Assembly (NCBI GenBank): GCA_020536535.1
Contig: JAHLWZ010000574.1
Span: 1-51,114 of the forward strand
Direction of reading: 5' to 3'
From: Pelomyxa schiedti
Taxonomy: Eukaryota > Protista > Evosea
Length of the DNA: 51,114 nucleotides
Under the pieces are notes generated by a model. It did no database searches. It was not told the DNA's origin and saw only the letters and a list, made by a program, of their open reading frames with translations. Of this stretch, positions 26,638 through 38,521 are shown one piece after another. The position numbers were made by a program, and so were the translations under genes. Position 1 is the stretch's first letter. Every line of letters starts with the position of its first letter.

Positions 26638-29600
26638 TTAAACGTTTTCAGAGTTGACAGAGGCTTCCATTTCAATGGCAGGGAAGAAATCCTTTTTGTG
26701 TTTGTTGTGCCTGTAGATGGCATATCCAACCTTGTAAACCTCCACCCACAGAAGCGATCCAATACCAATGGCAATTCCAACCACTGTTGATTTGTGAGTG
26801 TGACGGATATTTGGTTTTTGGTGTTGTTTTAAAGACTTACAAATATGAGTGATATCTGGGAGGGACCCTTCATAAGAGAAGTGGAACAAGTCACGGAGTC
26901 CGGGGCAGTACATAACTGAATTTTTGTTAGACAAGTTGGGAATTGCAACCTATTACCAAAGAAGAAGCCAGGTACAACGATTGCATAGGTCACATACATT
27001 GACTTGTTTATGCGCCTGATCATCTAAAACGTGTTAGAATGCAGATAAAACGAAGAGTGGAGGACCTGGCCAAACCAGATAGTTCTTGATCGATTCTCGA
27101 AAATAAGTGCAACATTTCCAGCAATGAGCACGGCAAAAGCGATGGCATTGCCATCCTAGAAAGATGTCAAAGAAGTGAAGAAATTGGAGAATCGGACCTC
27201 AGAGTGGCCACCCATGCGGTATACTTCGTACCAGTAGCAAAGGAGTGACCCCAACAATATGGAGAACCCCTAAACTTGGTCATACACACATAGGAAAGGA
27301 GTTTCAGAACCTGAGCGAAAGAAATACAAGCGTTTGACCAATTGACCTTGAACGAATGGTCAACGGAAAGAAGGAAGTTGGGAAAAAGTACCATGTGCTT
27401 TGACAAATCACGTGGTGGTCTTTCCATTATATCAGGATCCTCTTCTTCTGCTTCCAGGATAACTGAGCACGCCTGAAACAGTCAAACTTTACATCAAACA
27501 AAAAAGGGTCAATACAGGATCAATGACGAGCTCCAGGAAAACTGAGGGATGTAAGAAAATTACCTTACTAAAGGAGGAAAGTTACCAATGTGCGTAGGAT
27601 AGAGCACTTCTTCCCAGCCAACAAGAATGGGAATAAGGGCAAGTCCAGCAAGAGGCACATGAATGGCAATAATATAACCCATAGCCTGGCTGCTGTTAGT
27701 CGGAAACTGGAGAGTAATAGAAACCTTGCACAAATTATCGAAAATTCGTCGCCCCAAACGGATGGCTTTGACAATAGAGTTGAAGTTGTCATCTAGTAAT
27801 ACCTTTCTTAAGGTAAATACTCTTCGAAAAAAAAGAAACGTCAGAAACCAAGGCAGCAGCCTCTCTGGCGACATCTGTTCCACGCTCCCCCATGGCAATA
27901 CCAATGTGTGCCGATTTCACTTCGTTTTGTTAGGTAATGTGTTGTTTTGGAAGGTGATGGGGGCATACAAGCTGGGGCATCATTCACTCCATCACCAGTC
28001 ACTTACAGAAAGTTAAATGAGTAAGAAAAGAAAATAGGGTAGCAAACTGGCCACAATGTGCTTGTTGGCTTTAAGTGCGTCTACAATCTTTCTTTCCAGT
28101 CAGGAGAGATAAAAAGACTGTAAACATACCTGCATCTTTTGATCGGGTTGTACTCGAGCAAAAACAGATGTTGTAGGGATTCGCTGAGCAAGATCATCTG
28201 GAGCCATTTCCAACAATTCTTTCCCTTCAATCACAGAATCCGGATATTCGAGACCTATACCGCGTGCTATGTTACTAGCTGTTACCTTGTAATCACCTGA
28301 GAAAAGAACATTAGCACATTACGCCTGCAAGGTTAAGTTGTACCGGTTATCATTATGACTTTGATTCCTGCAGTTTTACAGGCAGAGATAGAATCTGAGA
28401 TGCCAGCACGCACAGGATCAGCGTATCCCAGAAGACTGTGTAAGTCAGAATTTCGTAGGGGCAATCGCTGAGCTCACCCAACATATGAAAATTTATAGTC
28501 ATGCTGTATGTCAGGCAACTCAGTGTCTTGAGAAAACTCTGCTTCAGCTACACCAAGAAGACGAAGGCCCTGAGTTTTCAAGTGAGTTCTTCTGTGACTG
28601 TAATCGTAACTTACTCTTCCAGCCAGAGAATTGATAACTTCTTTTAAACCAGAAAGCTCTTTTTCTGAAAGATGGCACAGATCTGCAATTGTTTCAGGTG
28701 CTCCCTTGCAGGCAACAATGTAATGCTAACACAGAATGAGAAAAGGGTAGAATATGTAGTTATTTACCTTGTGATCCTTGCTGACCCAGACTCTGCTCAT
28801 AGAGAGCATCTGCTTGGATAGTGGATACTCGCGAATCTGGGGCACTAAGTTGTGGAATTATCTTGAAAGTGCTTACCATTGTCCAGTCGGGGTGGCTGTG
28901 GGAAGGATCAATGAGCTAAGTAATAGTTAATCAATTTCATATGGAGGAATGGGTAATCACTTCGTCATCTGAGAGCCGTTTTATTGCAAGTTCCTACTAT
29001 TGTTAAACGGTTTTTGTTAAGTAAAGAATCAACCATGGGATCAAAAGGATCTTGCTGTGAAGCAAGCATTCCAAATTCTACCAGTCTGTGAAACTGTTCC
29101 GGAATTTCGTTTGCTGTGGAAACTTTGTGAGTCTCATTGCTTGAGTAAAGCCAGAGGGTGTCCACAGTCATGCGGTTCTGTGTCAAAGTACCTTGAGATA
29201 CATTAAGCGTAACAGTGAAAACCTAGGGCGTACCCGTCTTGTCCGAGCACAAAACAGAGCACGAGCCTAGAGTTTCAATTGCGGAATTCCTTCTTGCCAG
29301 TACTTTACTTCGTGAAATACGCCAAGCTCCAAGGGACAAAAACACTGTCAAAACGACGGGGAATTCCTCAGGCAGAAGTCCCATACCAACAGCCACACCC
29401 ATCAATGCTCCCTGTGTGCGTTAGGGAGCAAAAATGTAATGCGCATTATATACCCTTAGCCAGGGGTTCTGTTCCTCCCCTGAAGAAGAAGAGTTGGTTG
29501 AACTTGACGAGAAAGAATTTGCATCAAAGGAACCAGTGCTGGTTGACGCAAATCTGATTGTGGTAAGTGCTAGGTGACAACCGAAAATGCACACTTGGCG

Positions 29601-31264
29601 TTTTCTTTGTTCTCTTCTTTCTCCTTGTTGAGTTTTACTTGCTCAGTGGAGCCATAATATAAAAATAGTGCCAAACAACAAATAGCTCCTATGCACCCCA
29701 TAATAATCACAAGTCGGCGAGTTTCTCTTTCAAGAGGAGTTTTTTCTTCCACCACTGAGCCGAGAGATTTTCCAATTTTTCCAATTTCCGTTTTCTGACC
29801 GATAACCTGAGGCAGCGGTGAAATTTTAAGGAGTCACAAGCAGAAATCAACCTTAATAATTCCAACACCTCGGCCAGTGCTGACTAGAGTGCCACTGTAA
29901 CAGAAAGGGGTGTCTTCACCACCAGGGATTGGCATTTCTTCAGTGCCAGTTCCCTGCGGATTTTTTAGTACAAAGGGGGCAAGGAAGGAGAATAACCTCA
30001 GATTTGGACACAGGGAGTGATTCACCAGTGAGTAGAGACTCGTCAATACTGAGATTTGAGACCCAGATAAGCACCATATCTGCTGGCACACGGTCACCCT
30101 CTTTCAGGCAAACAATATCCCTTGGAAAATGAAAGTCAGTATGAAGACCATTTAGACTTCAAAAAAATACCCGCGAACCACATCCTTGCCGGGAATCGAT
30201 ACTAATAATAATGTCAGTATGGAAAAGAGAACGTAATCTTACCTTGCTTTCCCTCTCGGATTACTGTGGCTCTTGGGCTGGACAAGTCCCGCAGGGCATC
30301 AAGGGCACGCTCTGTCTTCCTCTCTTGATAAATGGTGATACTTTGGGAAGTGAGATTGCATTGCTTCCAGAGAACTTTTGTACCCAATAATGAAGAAAAC
30401 GAAGCAGACAAGCATCAAGCCTTCTTTCCAATCCCCGAGTGCGAAATACAAGATACAACAAACGAGAAGCATGATAAACATTGGTTCTTTCATCACTCCA
30501 AGAACAATCCAGATGAGGCTCCTTTAATTTAAGTTTAGATGGATGAACTTTTGTGGTTCGGTTTTGTTTTGCAAAAACCAGGCACCTTGGCTTATGCTGC
30601 TCCAGCTCGTTGAACCCTTCGGCCTTTTGCAGTGCTTCTACTTCCTCGTTGGAGAGCCCAGACACCTACAAAGATATTACCAACCAAGCCAAAAAAAAAA
30701 AAAAAAACAGCACTTCTAATATTACCTTCGTGAAGTCGAAATCCGCACCAGTAGCAATGGGTTTTACGGGTTCCTTGATGATCGTATGATGTTCCTCTTT
30801 TCCGTGCTCGTGGCTGTGACCATGTTCGACCTTTCAAAAAAAAAAAATGTGTGAGCACAAACAATATCTCTAACACAACGAAGAGGGCTTATTCCTACAA
30901 ACTCTATACTACATCCCAACATAGTAAGGCATACTCATTCATAAAACGTCTCTAATTATATATAATACACACACAAAGTAACCGCGCGTTTTTTCATTTC
31001 TTATTATTATGGGATCCATACCAAAGACGTCATCTCGGCGTCGTGGACTTTGGGGTGCTCCCGGTTCTCCAGCGTGATCACTCCCGACGACGATGACGAC
31101 GACATGGACGAGTGCGACGATCCTCGCGAGGACGACGACGACGACGAGTCGCTGTCGCTGCCGTTGCCGTCGCCGCCGCTGCGCTTCTCGTGCCCGGCTC
31201 GCCTCCTCCTTCCCCCGCCTGACGTGGCGCCTTTTGAGTTGTGGTCCTGGTGCGTGTCCGACAT
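26638..31264 (-). CDS. Cation-transporting P-type ATPase (P2-like), more than 20 introns
   Basis: Motifs assembled across introns: [22 protein letters not shown]|[44 protein letters not shown]. First exon 31264-31022 splices in frame (intron 30831-31021) to [15 protein letters not shown]...|VSGLSNEEV. Confidence 0.93.
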
Positions 31265-31718
31265 TATGGGTCGCAAGTTGTTCCGCTTTGTTTGTTAGTC
31301 GTTATGCGGTCCCAGAATTCTTAAAAACAAACGCGAACAACGATGGCGAAAGAGCCAACATTATTATGAACACAAATGCAAAACGCAATGTGTGTGTTGT
31401 GTTACCTTGTTGTTGTTGCGCTGGTGGCTTATTGTTTGGAAAATGAAGGAAAAAACATCAAGAAGACGCTTGAGTACCACTAGATCAACAACCCCAAAAT
31501 AGTAACACACCGACATTTCATAGAAAATGCATTTTACTCTTCTTACTGTGGTTGTTCTTGACCTCCTTTTATGTGTTGGGGTGCAAAATGTGCCTTTTTG
31601 GTTGCCTTTGGTGTTGCCAAGGCAAACAAAGAGCAACGCGAAAGGTCGTTGTTCGTATATACTGAGCTGAAAATATATATCCACACCAGAGCCGATGAGG
31701 CAGAGTGATTTTGTGGGT

Positions 31719-33766
31719 TCATGGCTGAATGGAGCCTGAGGTATTGGAGTCTGATTGCTTGAAGGTCAGTGAAAAAAGAATAACTGCCAGCATAGCTGCC
31801 GCAGTTATTCCCATGAGTGTACTCATAACAGGGATGTAGGATTCAGCTTCCATCACAAGGGCATTCAGAACAAGAGCACAGAGAATAGTCACAACACCGC
31901 CAGCAAACCCGGTTATTGTGAGTATCCTCCCTTTGCCATTGGTTAGTGTGTGGGTCTGCGGATATAATTACGCACCAAATAAATGTGCGGGGAAAAAATC
32001 CCTCAATGCCTGGTAATACAATGATGTTCCAAGCATCCGATAGATCAGAAAAGTGATGAAAGTGATGTACTGTAACCACTTCGGTCCTCCCCTGATCAAG
32101 CTGCAGGTGGTCCAGACAAATCCCAGTGCGATTGCAAAGGGAAGGACCTTGGCAATTCCACATCTGTTGAGGATGAGTCCCACATAGAAGATAAGAAGAT
32201 AAAAAACCTCAAAAACCAACAAAAGATAATATTCGTAATGAAACTACATGGAAGCATTATCGAAAACACATGTAACAAGTCATCGGCCGTTGAAACATCT
32301 CCATAAAACTCCCACTGGGAATTGTTGGTTGCGAAAGGAACACAAGTGACACAAACCTGCAACATTTCATACTGAATGGACATGTACATTGCGACCTGTG
32401 CCAAAAGTAAAACGAACATCGCTCCCCTGTGGAAGCCACTTAATCACAATAAGTTTGACAGAAAACCCACTCACAGAGATAATACTAGCATCCATTCAGA
32501 TCGTGTGAAGATAGACTTCGGTTCCTTTGATTTAGGATTCTCCGTCACTGATTTGAGTTCTCAGTTCATCAACAAAGTATAGAAGATACTTACATTCGAC
32601 AGCTGGAGTACTTCTGAGTGGAGTTGCGAAGATCGCAAAGAAAGCCGTCGGAACGAAGGAAATAAGGGCATATACGCTAAATATGCCAATCAAGCCAAGG
32701 GGAGTGTTAAAATACGCCCAGTTGATCACCCATCCAACACTGAGAAGAGTGAGAATGGTGAGTGTAAGTGTTATACTCACAGGGAACTTAGGTCCCAGCA
32801 TGCAGTTGTAACTGAATTGATGAAGGTCGAGTGAAAAATAAGGTGGCCCTATCATTCAAATTCACTGTTAGTACCACATTTTAAACAAAGCATGGTATAC
32901 TTGAGGGTAAGCTTGGGAGATGTCCCACATGAACGATAGAGTTATCAGTGCAAAGGCACACCCAAAGCAGCAAGTCTGAGAAAAAATATAAGGAGATAAT
33001 TGTTTCCCTGGAGCGAAATACCAGTCCCTCGAGTAGAAGAATCATGGGAAGTTGAACCTGCCACGGAAATAAATTGGAATTACAGAACAGTCCAAGTCTG
33101 CAGAGAATTAATAGACGTGTGGCCCTAAACTTTACGCACAACGCCCAAAAAGGCAAAAAGCCACAGGACAGAATAGCCGTGAAGCGTCGATTCATCTTAT
33201 CAAAAATGATCCCGATCGGAGGAGCAAGAATATCCAGCAGACCAGGAACACATGCAGAAATAAAATTGAGCCAGTACACTTGAGCCTCACAGAAAGTTGT
33301 CGAACTTGAACCTGAAGAACTTGTTGTTCCTGTCGAACTTGTTGACGTTGAATCATCAGTTTGATTTCTGCCCAGTGAGTTAAAGGAAGAAAGCACTTTC
33401 ACTTCTTTTTCTATGTGTTGAGTTGTAAAGTCATACAGATTGCATGCGCCGATTAGTACACCGTAGTCCAAATACACAGGCTTCATTGCAGCGTAATTCA
33501 CTAACGGCAACGCCGTCATTGCCATTATCAGTGCCGATAACAGCCATCTGTCAAGGACATTGTTAGGTATTGTGAAAGAAAGTGTTTTAGCGTTGAGTTT
33601 GCGTGTCGCCCAACAATGGGAAATATGGGCATACTCACAGGGATACTGTTTTTGCCTTGGATTTTCTCAGGACGGGTGGGGGTGTTTTGTGTTCCCTGGG
33701 TACTATGCTACTAAGAAGGTATTTTCCCTCTGGTTCCTGATACCCCCAGTTACTTTTCATTTCCAT
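31719..33766 (-). CDS. Major facilitator superfamily transporter, SLC43/LAT3-FMP42-like; multi-exon
   Basis: Many hydrophobic helices, PIGIIFDKMNRR loop motif, and FFPAHLFG|RILTITG resembling the SLC43 C-terminal motif; short first exon spliced through gtgagt..gacag. Confidence 0.7.
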
Positions 33767-34151
33767 TTTATTACAAAATAATATTACTCGTGCGGGGAAT
33801 AGGCGTTTTAAAACGAGCCCGGCCACTTGGTTCTGTATTTTGGAAAGTTGCTTCCAACTGAACTTCAGGGAAAAAGATGGCGGAAGGCCATGGTTTCGTC
33901 AACATGAGAGGCCTATTACTGAAGCCCGGGTTTACCTGCCTTCTTAATTTCTTCACTGCGATCTTCTGTGTGACATCATCAAACACATCAACACAACGGA
34001 ATGGGGAGCCAAGTTGTTCTGTTACGGTGGAAACAAGCCAGGTGGTTCTCACTGTTTCTCTGATGGCCATAACAAGAAGGTGAACTAAGGTTGGTAACGT
34101 TCCAGAATCAATCCATTCAAGTACCTACCATCTCAAGATCAAATAAACGGA

Positions 34152-35996
34152 ATGGGAGGCTATCTATGCTCGCCGCCGTCACCGCCCACCGGGACTGCGA
34201 GTCCTGTTGATCAAACGTGTCAAACCAACCGAATTGGGAGCCTCGTTGGTGGTGGTGACGATGAGTCCAGGCAACTACCATCAACCCAAGACCACAACAG
34301 TTTTCGCAGCACCACCTTTTCGCCTTCGAACACTGAGGGGAGCCAATCGGCCCAGGCAGCAGTCCCCATTTTTGTGGGGAGTGTGACGCACACACGAAAC
34401 GAGATGATGACGGAAGCGCTTGTGGAGTTGCAAGTGGGAAACATTGACTGTGCCATTGCTATTGTTGCCAACGCATTCTCCTTGTTTGAATCTGAGATGA
34501 TAAGTCTCAATCGTGGTGTGTCTGTGCGAATGTTTCAGATTATAGTTTCCATCTAACCCAAGAATTCAGGTGATCGTCATGATCATCAGTGTGAATACCT
34601 GCCTGGTCTGTTGTTCTTTGTTTGTCTCCGTTGTGTCATCAGCGATCACGTGTCACTTCGTGAGCACATTCCAACATGCCTGTCTCCGGCATTCTCTCGT
34701 GCCATCTCAACTTCATTCGAACCCATGAGAGCACATTGCCTGCGTGTGTTGAATGGCACCAACCTGACATCAGACCTGCAAGAAGAGCATACTTGCCACA
34801 GGAATAATAAAACGGAACTTGTTGCTGAATGGACTGACCTTGTGTCAACAGCATCATCAAGAGGTAGCATTTCTCAACAAGAATCAGAATCCACAACAAG
34901 TTCAGTAGACCAGTCGTGGTCCCTCATGTTCTTTGTGGCACTGTGGAAGTTGTATTGCTGCCCTTCAAGTTCAGAACACCAAAGTTCATGTTCAGCAGCA
35001 CACATTTTTGTTGAAATGAGCGGTGCAAAAAATATTCCACCAGCATGTTCCTTGAGGATAATTCCGTGGTATGTTGCCTCTGTCACGTTTCTGGGTGTCT
35101 GCTATGAGTTTGGTGTTGGTGGTGTTGACAAGGACATTCACAAGGCTGTGACATTGTACCAGACGGCTGTTGATGCGTCTCATGCACAGGCAATGTTCAA
35201 CCTTGGTGTGTGTTATGAAAATGGCATTGGTGTTGACAAGAATATTCACAAGGCAGTGACACTGTACCAGAGGGCTGCAGATTCTGGCCTTGCCATTGCT
35301 ATGTGCAACCTTGGCGTGTGTTATAAAAAGGGCGTTGGTGTTGACAGGGATGTTCACAAGGCAGTGTTACTGTACCAGGTGGCGTCTGATGCTGGTGATG
35401 CCCAGGCAATGTGCAACCTTGCTGTGTGTTATAAAAATGGCAGTGATGGTATTGATAAGGACATTCACAAGGCAGTGACACTGTGGCAGAGGGCTGCTGA
35501 TGCTGGTCATGTTATGGCGATCTACAACCTTGGTGTGAGTTATTACAATGGCGATGGTGTTGATACAGACCTTTGCAAGGCAGTGACACTGTACCAGAGG
35601 GCTGCTGATTATGGTAATACCTGGGCAATGTTCAACCTTGGTGTGTGTTATTTCAATGGATCTGGTGTTTTCAAAGACATTAACAAGGCAGTGAAACTGT
35701 ACCAGAGGGCTGCTGATGTTGGTCAATCCACGGCAATGTTCCACCTTGGTGTGTGTTATTACAATGGTGGTGGTGTTGAGAAGGACATCCACAAGGCACT
35801 GAGACTGTGGCAGAGGGCTGCTGATTCAGGCAGTTCCCAGGCAATGTACATGCTTGCATTACGTCACAAAAAAGGCAGTGATGGTTTTTCCAAGGACATA
35901 CACGAGGCAATGAGACTGTGGCTGTGGGCTGCTGCCCTTGGTCACCCTGAAGCCGTTGTCCAACTCAGAATTCTTCAGGCGAAAAGCAACACTTGA
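34152..35996 (+). CDS. Sel1-like repeat protein, subtype A (copy A1), 8 SLR units
   Basis: Exon 1 34152-34515 (MGGYLCS...TRNEMMTEALVELQVGNID...), intron 34516-34569, exon 2 with the CEYLPGLLF domain and 8 repeats. Confidence 0.92.
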
Positions 35997-36128
35997 AATT
36001 GACACCTTATCTTTCATGAGCACACGTTCTCAGGCAAAAAACGGGAGATAATATTAATATTTAATAATAAAACCACAACAGCGGTTTTAACCAACAACGG
36101 TTGCGGTGTTTGACTTAATTTCAATAAC

Positions 36129-36431
36129 ATGCCAGCTTCCATCTTTACTGCAAATCGATCAGCAAACACAAACAGTGACAGCAGTTGCCACACAGGGCAG
36201 TGTGATTTACCCACGAAACAAGATGACGACGGATGCACTTGTGGGGTTGCAACAACACAGCCAACGGCCAACAAACCACCACCCTGTGCTGAAAATAACA
36301 CCCTATGCATGACTCTGTTGTGTGCTGCCTCTATTACATTTCTGGGTCCCTGCTCTCATTTTGGTGTTGGTGGTGTTGAAAAGGACAATCACAAGGCAGC
36401 CACACTGTATCAGAGGGCTGCTGATGAATGA
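36129..36431 (+). pseudogene. Truncated relic of a subtype-B SLR gene (one repeat)
   Basis: PPPCAENNTLCMTLLCAASITFLGPCSHFGVGGVEKDNHKAATLYQRAADE* matches the junction between the N-domain and first repeat of B copies. Confidence 0.75.
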
Positions 36432-36733
36432 GCACACTTGGTGTGGGTGCAATTGCCCTACTGAGAACCCTCCAACAAGTCCGTAAAATGTTAATCAATT
36501 CCTCAAAGATCAGGTTTGTTAGTGTTTGCCAGTAGGAGAAGGTGGAGACTGACTCTGTTGTTGTCCCACTCGGTAGTCCTCCGGAAGATAAAATTGCCTG
36601 GAGGCTCCCAAACTTGGTCTCAAATGATGGCCAACTTGGAGAGTATTAGGCGAATTGGAAATTTTGCGTTGATCAACAACAAGAAATGGCTTTCATACCG
36701 AGTGCCGGGAAAGCAACGACACCGTCGCCGCCC

Positions 36734-38083
36734 ACGGGTGACGAGTCTCAAAAACCTCTCTCTGAGGTATCCTTGATGCATCATTCATCTTTTTGTGTTT
36801 TTTCCTCTTTCATCAAAGAGAGACCCTGACAACAACCAAATCAGCCAACACATGCAGTTACAGGAGTCTCCACTCCATTGACGAGTGCAACTCACACAAG
36901 AAACGAGACAATGATGGAGGCACTTTTTGAGTTGCAAGTGGGAAACATCGACTCTGCCATTACTCTTGTGGCAAATGCATTCTCCCTCTTTGACTGCGAC
37001 TTGAGCTGTTCCAATCATGGTGGTGGTGTGTAAATGTGGCTTTTCTTCAGTTCGTTTTCGTCCAACCAACCACGCATCAGGTGAACCATCACTACTGTCT
37101 CATGAAGGCATGTGTGAATACCTGCCTGGTCTGTTGTTCCTTGTTTGCCTCCGTTGTGTCATCAACGACCACTTCTCACTTCATCGGCGCATTCCGCCGT
37201 GCCTGTCTCTGGTTTTCTCTCGTGCCATCTCCTCCACACCAGAAGAAATGAGAGCACATTGCATGCGTGTGTTGAGTGACACCAGCCGAACCTCGGAACA
37301 AGAATGGACTGACCTTGTGTCAACAGCATCATTGAGAGGAAACGTTGATCAGCATCACCAACAAGAATCGGCAGCAACATCAAGTTGGTCAGAAGAACAA
37401 TCGTGGTCCTTCAAGTTCTTCGTGGCCCTGTGGAAGTTGTACTGCAGCCCATCAAGTTCTTACCACCACCAAATTTCATCAGCACAGATTTTTGAAATGA
37501 GTGGTGCAACAAATCTTCCACCACCACCACAGGCATCACCACCATCATGCGCTGAAAATAACACCCTGAGGATGATCCCGTGGCGCGCTGCCTCTGTCAC
37601 ATTTCTGGGTTTCTGCTATTTCTTTGGCGTTGGTGGGGCTGACAAGGACATTCACAAGGCAGTGACACTGTACCAGCTGGCTGCCGATGCTGGTCATGCC
37701 GACGCAATGTGCAAGCTTGGCGCGCGGTATGCAAGCGGGACTGGCGTTGACAAGGACGTTCACAAAGCAGTGTCACTGCACCAGAGGGCCGCTGATGCTG
37801 GTGATACTATGGCGACCTTCTTCCTTGGTGTGTGCTACATAAATGGTGAGGGTGTAACCAAGGACGCTGGGAAGGCAGTGCTACTGTGGCTGAGGGCTTC
37901 TGTTGCCGGTAACGTCAAAGCAATGCAATACCTTGGTGTGTGTTATGCAAATGGTGATGGCTTTGACAAGGATATTCACAAGGCAGTGTCACTGTGGAAT
38001 AGGGCTGCTGATGCTGGTGATGCCAACGCAATGCTAAACCTGGGCACGTGCTATTGCCATGGCGATGGTGTTGAAAAGGACAG
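36734..38083 (+). CDS. Sel1-like repeat protein, subtype B (copy B1); start codon reads ACG; truncated by the gap
   Basis: Collinear with 40333-41660; cccacgggtgacgag here versus cccatgagtgacgag in B2; in-frame ATG ATG in exon 2; at least 4 complete repeats before the N-run. Confidence 0.8.
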
Positions 38084-38183
38084 NNNNNNNNNNNNNNNNN
38101 NNNNNNNNNNNNNNNNNNNNNNNNNNNNNNNNNNNNNNNNNNNNNNNNNNNNNNNNNNNNNNNNNNNNNNNNNNNNNNNNNNN
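38084..38183. other. Scaffold gap (100 N)
   Basis: Run of N. Confidence 1.
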
Positions 38184-38320
38184 TGCGCCACAAAAAAGGC
38201 AGTGATGGTTTTTCCAAGGACATACACGAGGCAATGAGACTGTGGCTGTGGGCTGCTGCCCTTGGTCACCCTGAAGCCGTTGTCCAACTCAGAATTCTTC
38301 AAGCGAAAAGCAACACATGA
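38184..38320 (+). CDS. 3' end of an A1-like SLR gene emerging from the gap
   Basis: RHKKGSDGFSKDIHEAMRLWLWAAALGHPEAVVQLRILQAKSNT*, near-identical to 35860-35996 rather than to the B2 3' end. Confidence 0.75.
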
Positions 38321-38521
38321 AAGAGACTAGTTTTTGTTTTCGGTTGCGATGTTGCGGTTCTGTACACCTGACACTCACTGCAGTGCTGTAGACTCCCTTT
38401 GGGGAAAGTCTCCCCGAAGGGAGGGGAGGGGAGAATTTGGGGAGATCTACAACCAATCTCAGGCTGCAGTCAGACAATTGATCGAGCTGGAGTCATTTTC
38501 CATCAAGATCAAATAGACGGA

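Noticed and set aside
36767-36776. GTATCCTT donor resembling a U12-type 5' splice site
   Set aside because: The homologous intron in B2 begins gtatagat and no U12 branch motif is evident; likely a chance match.
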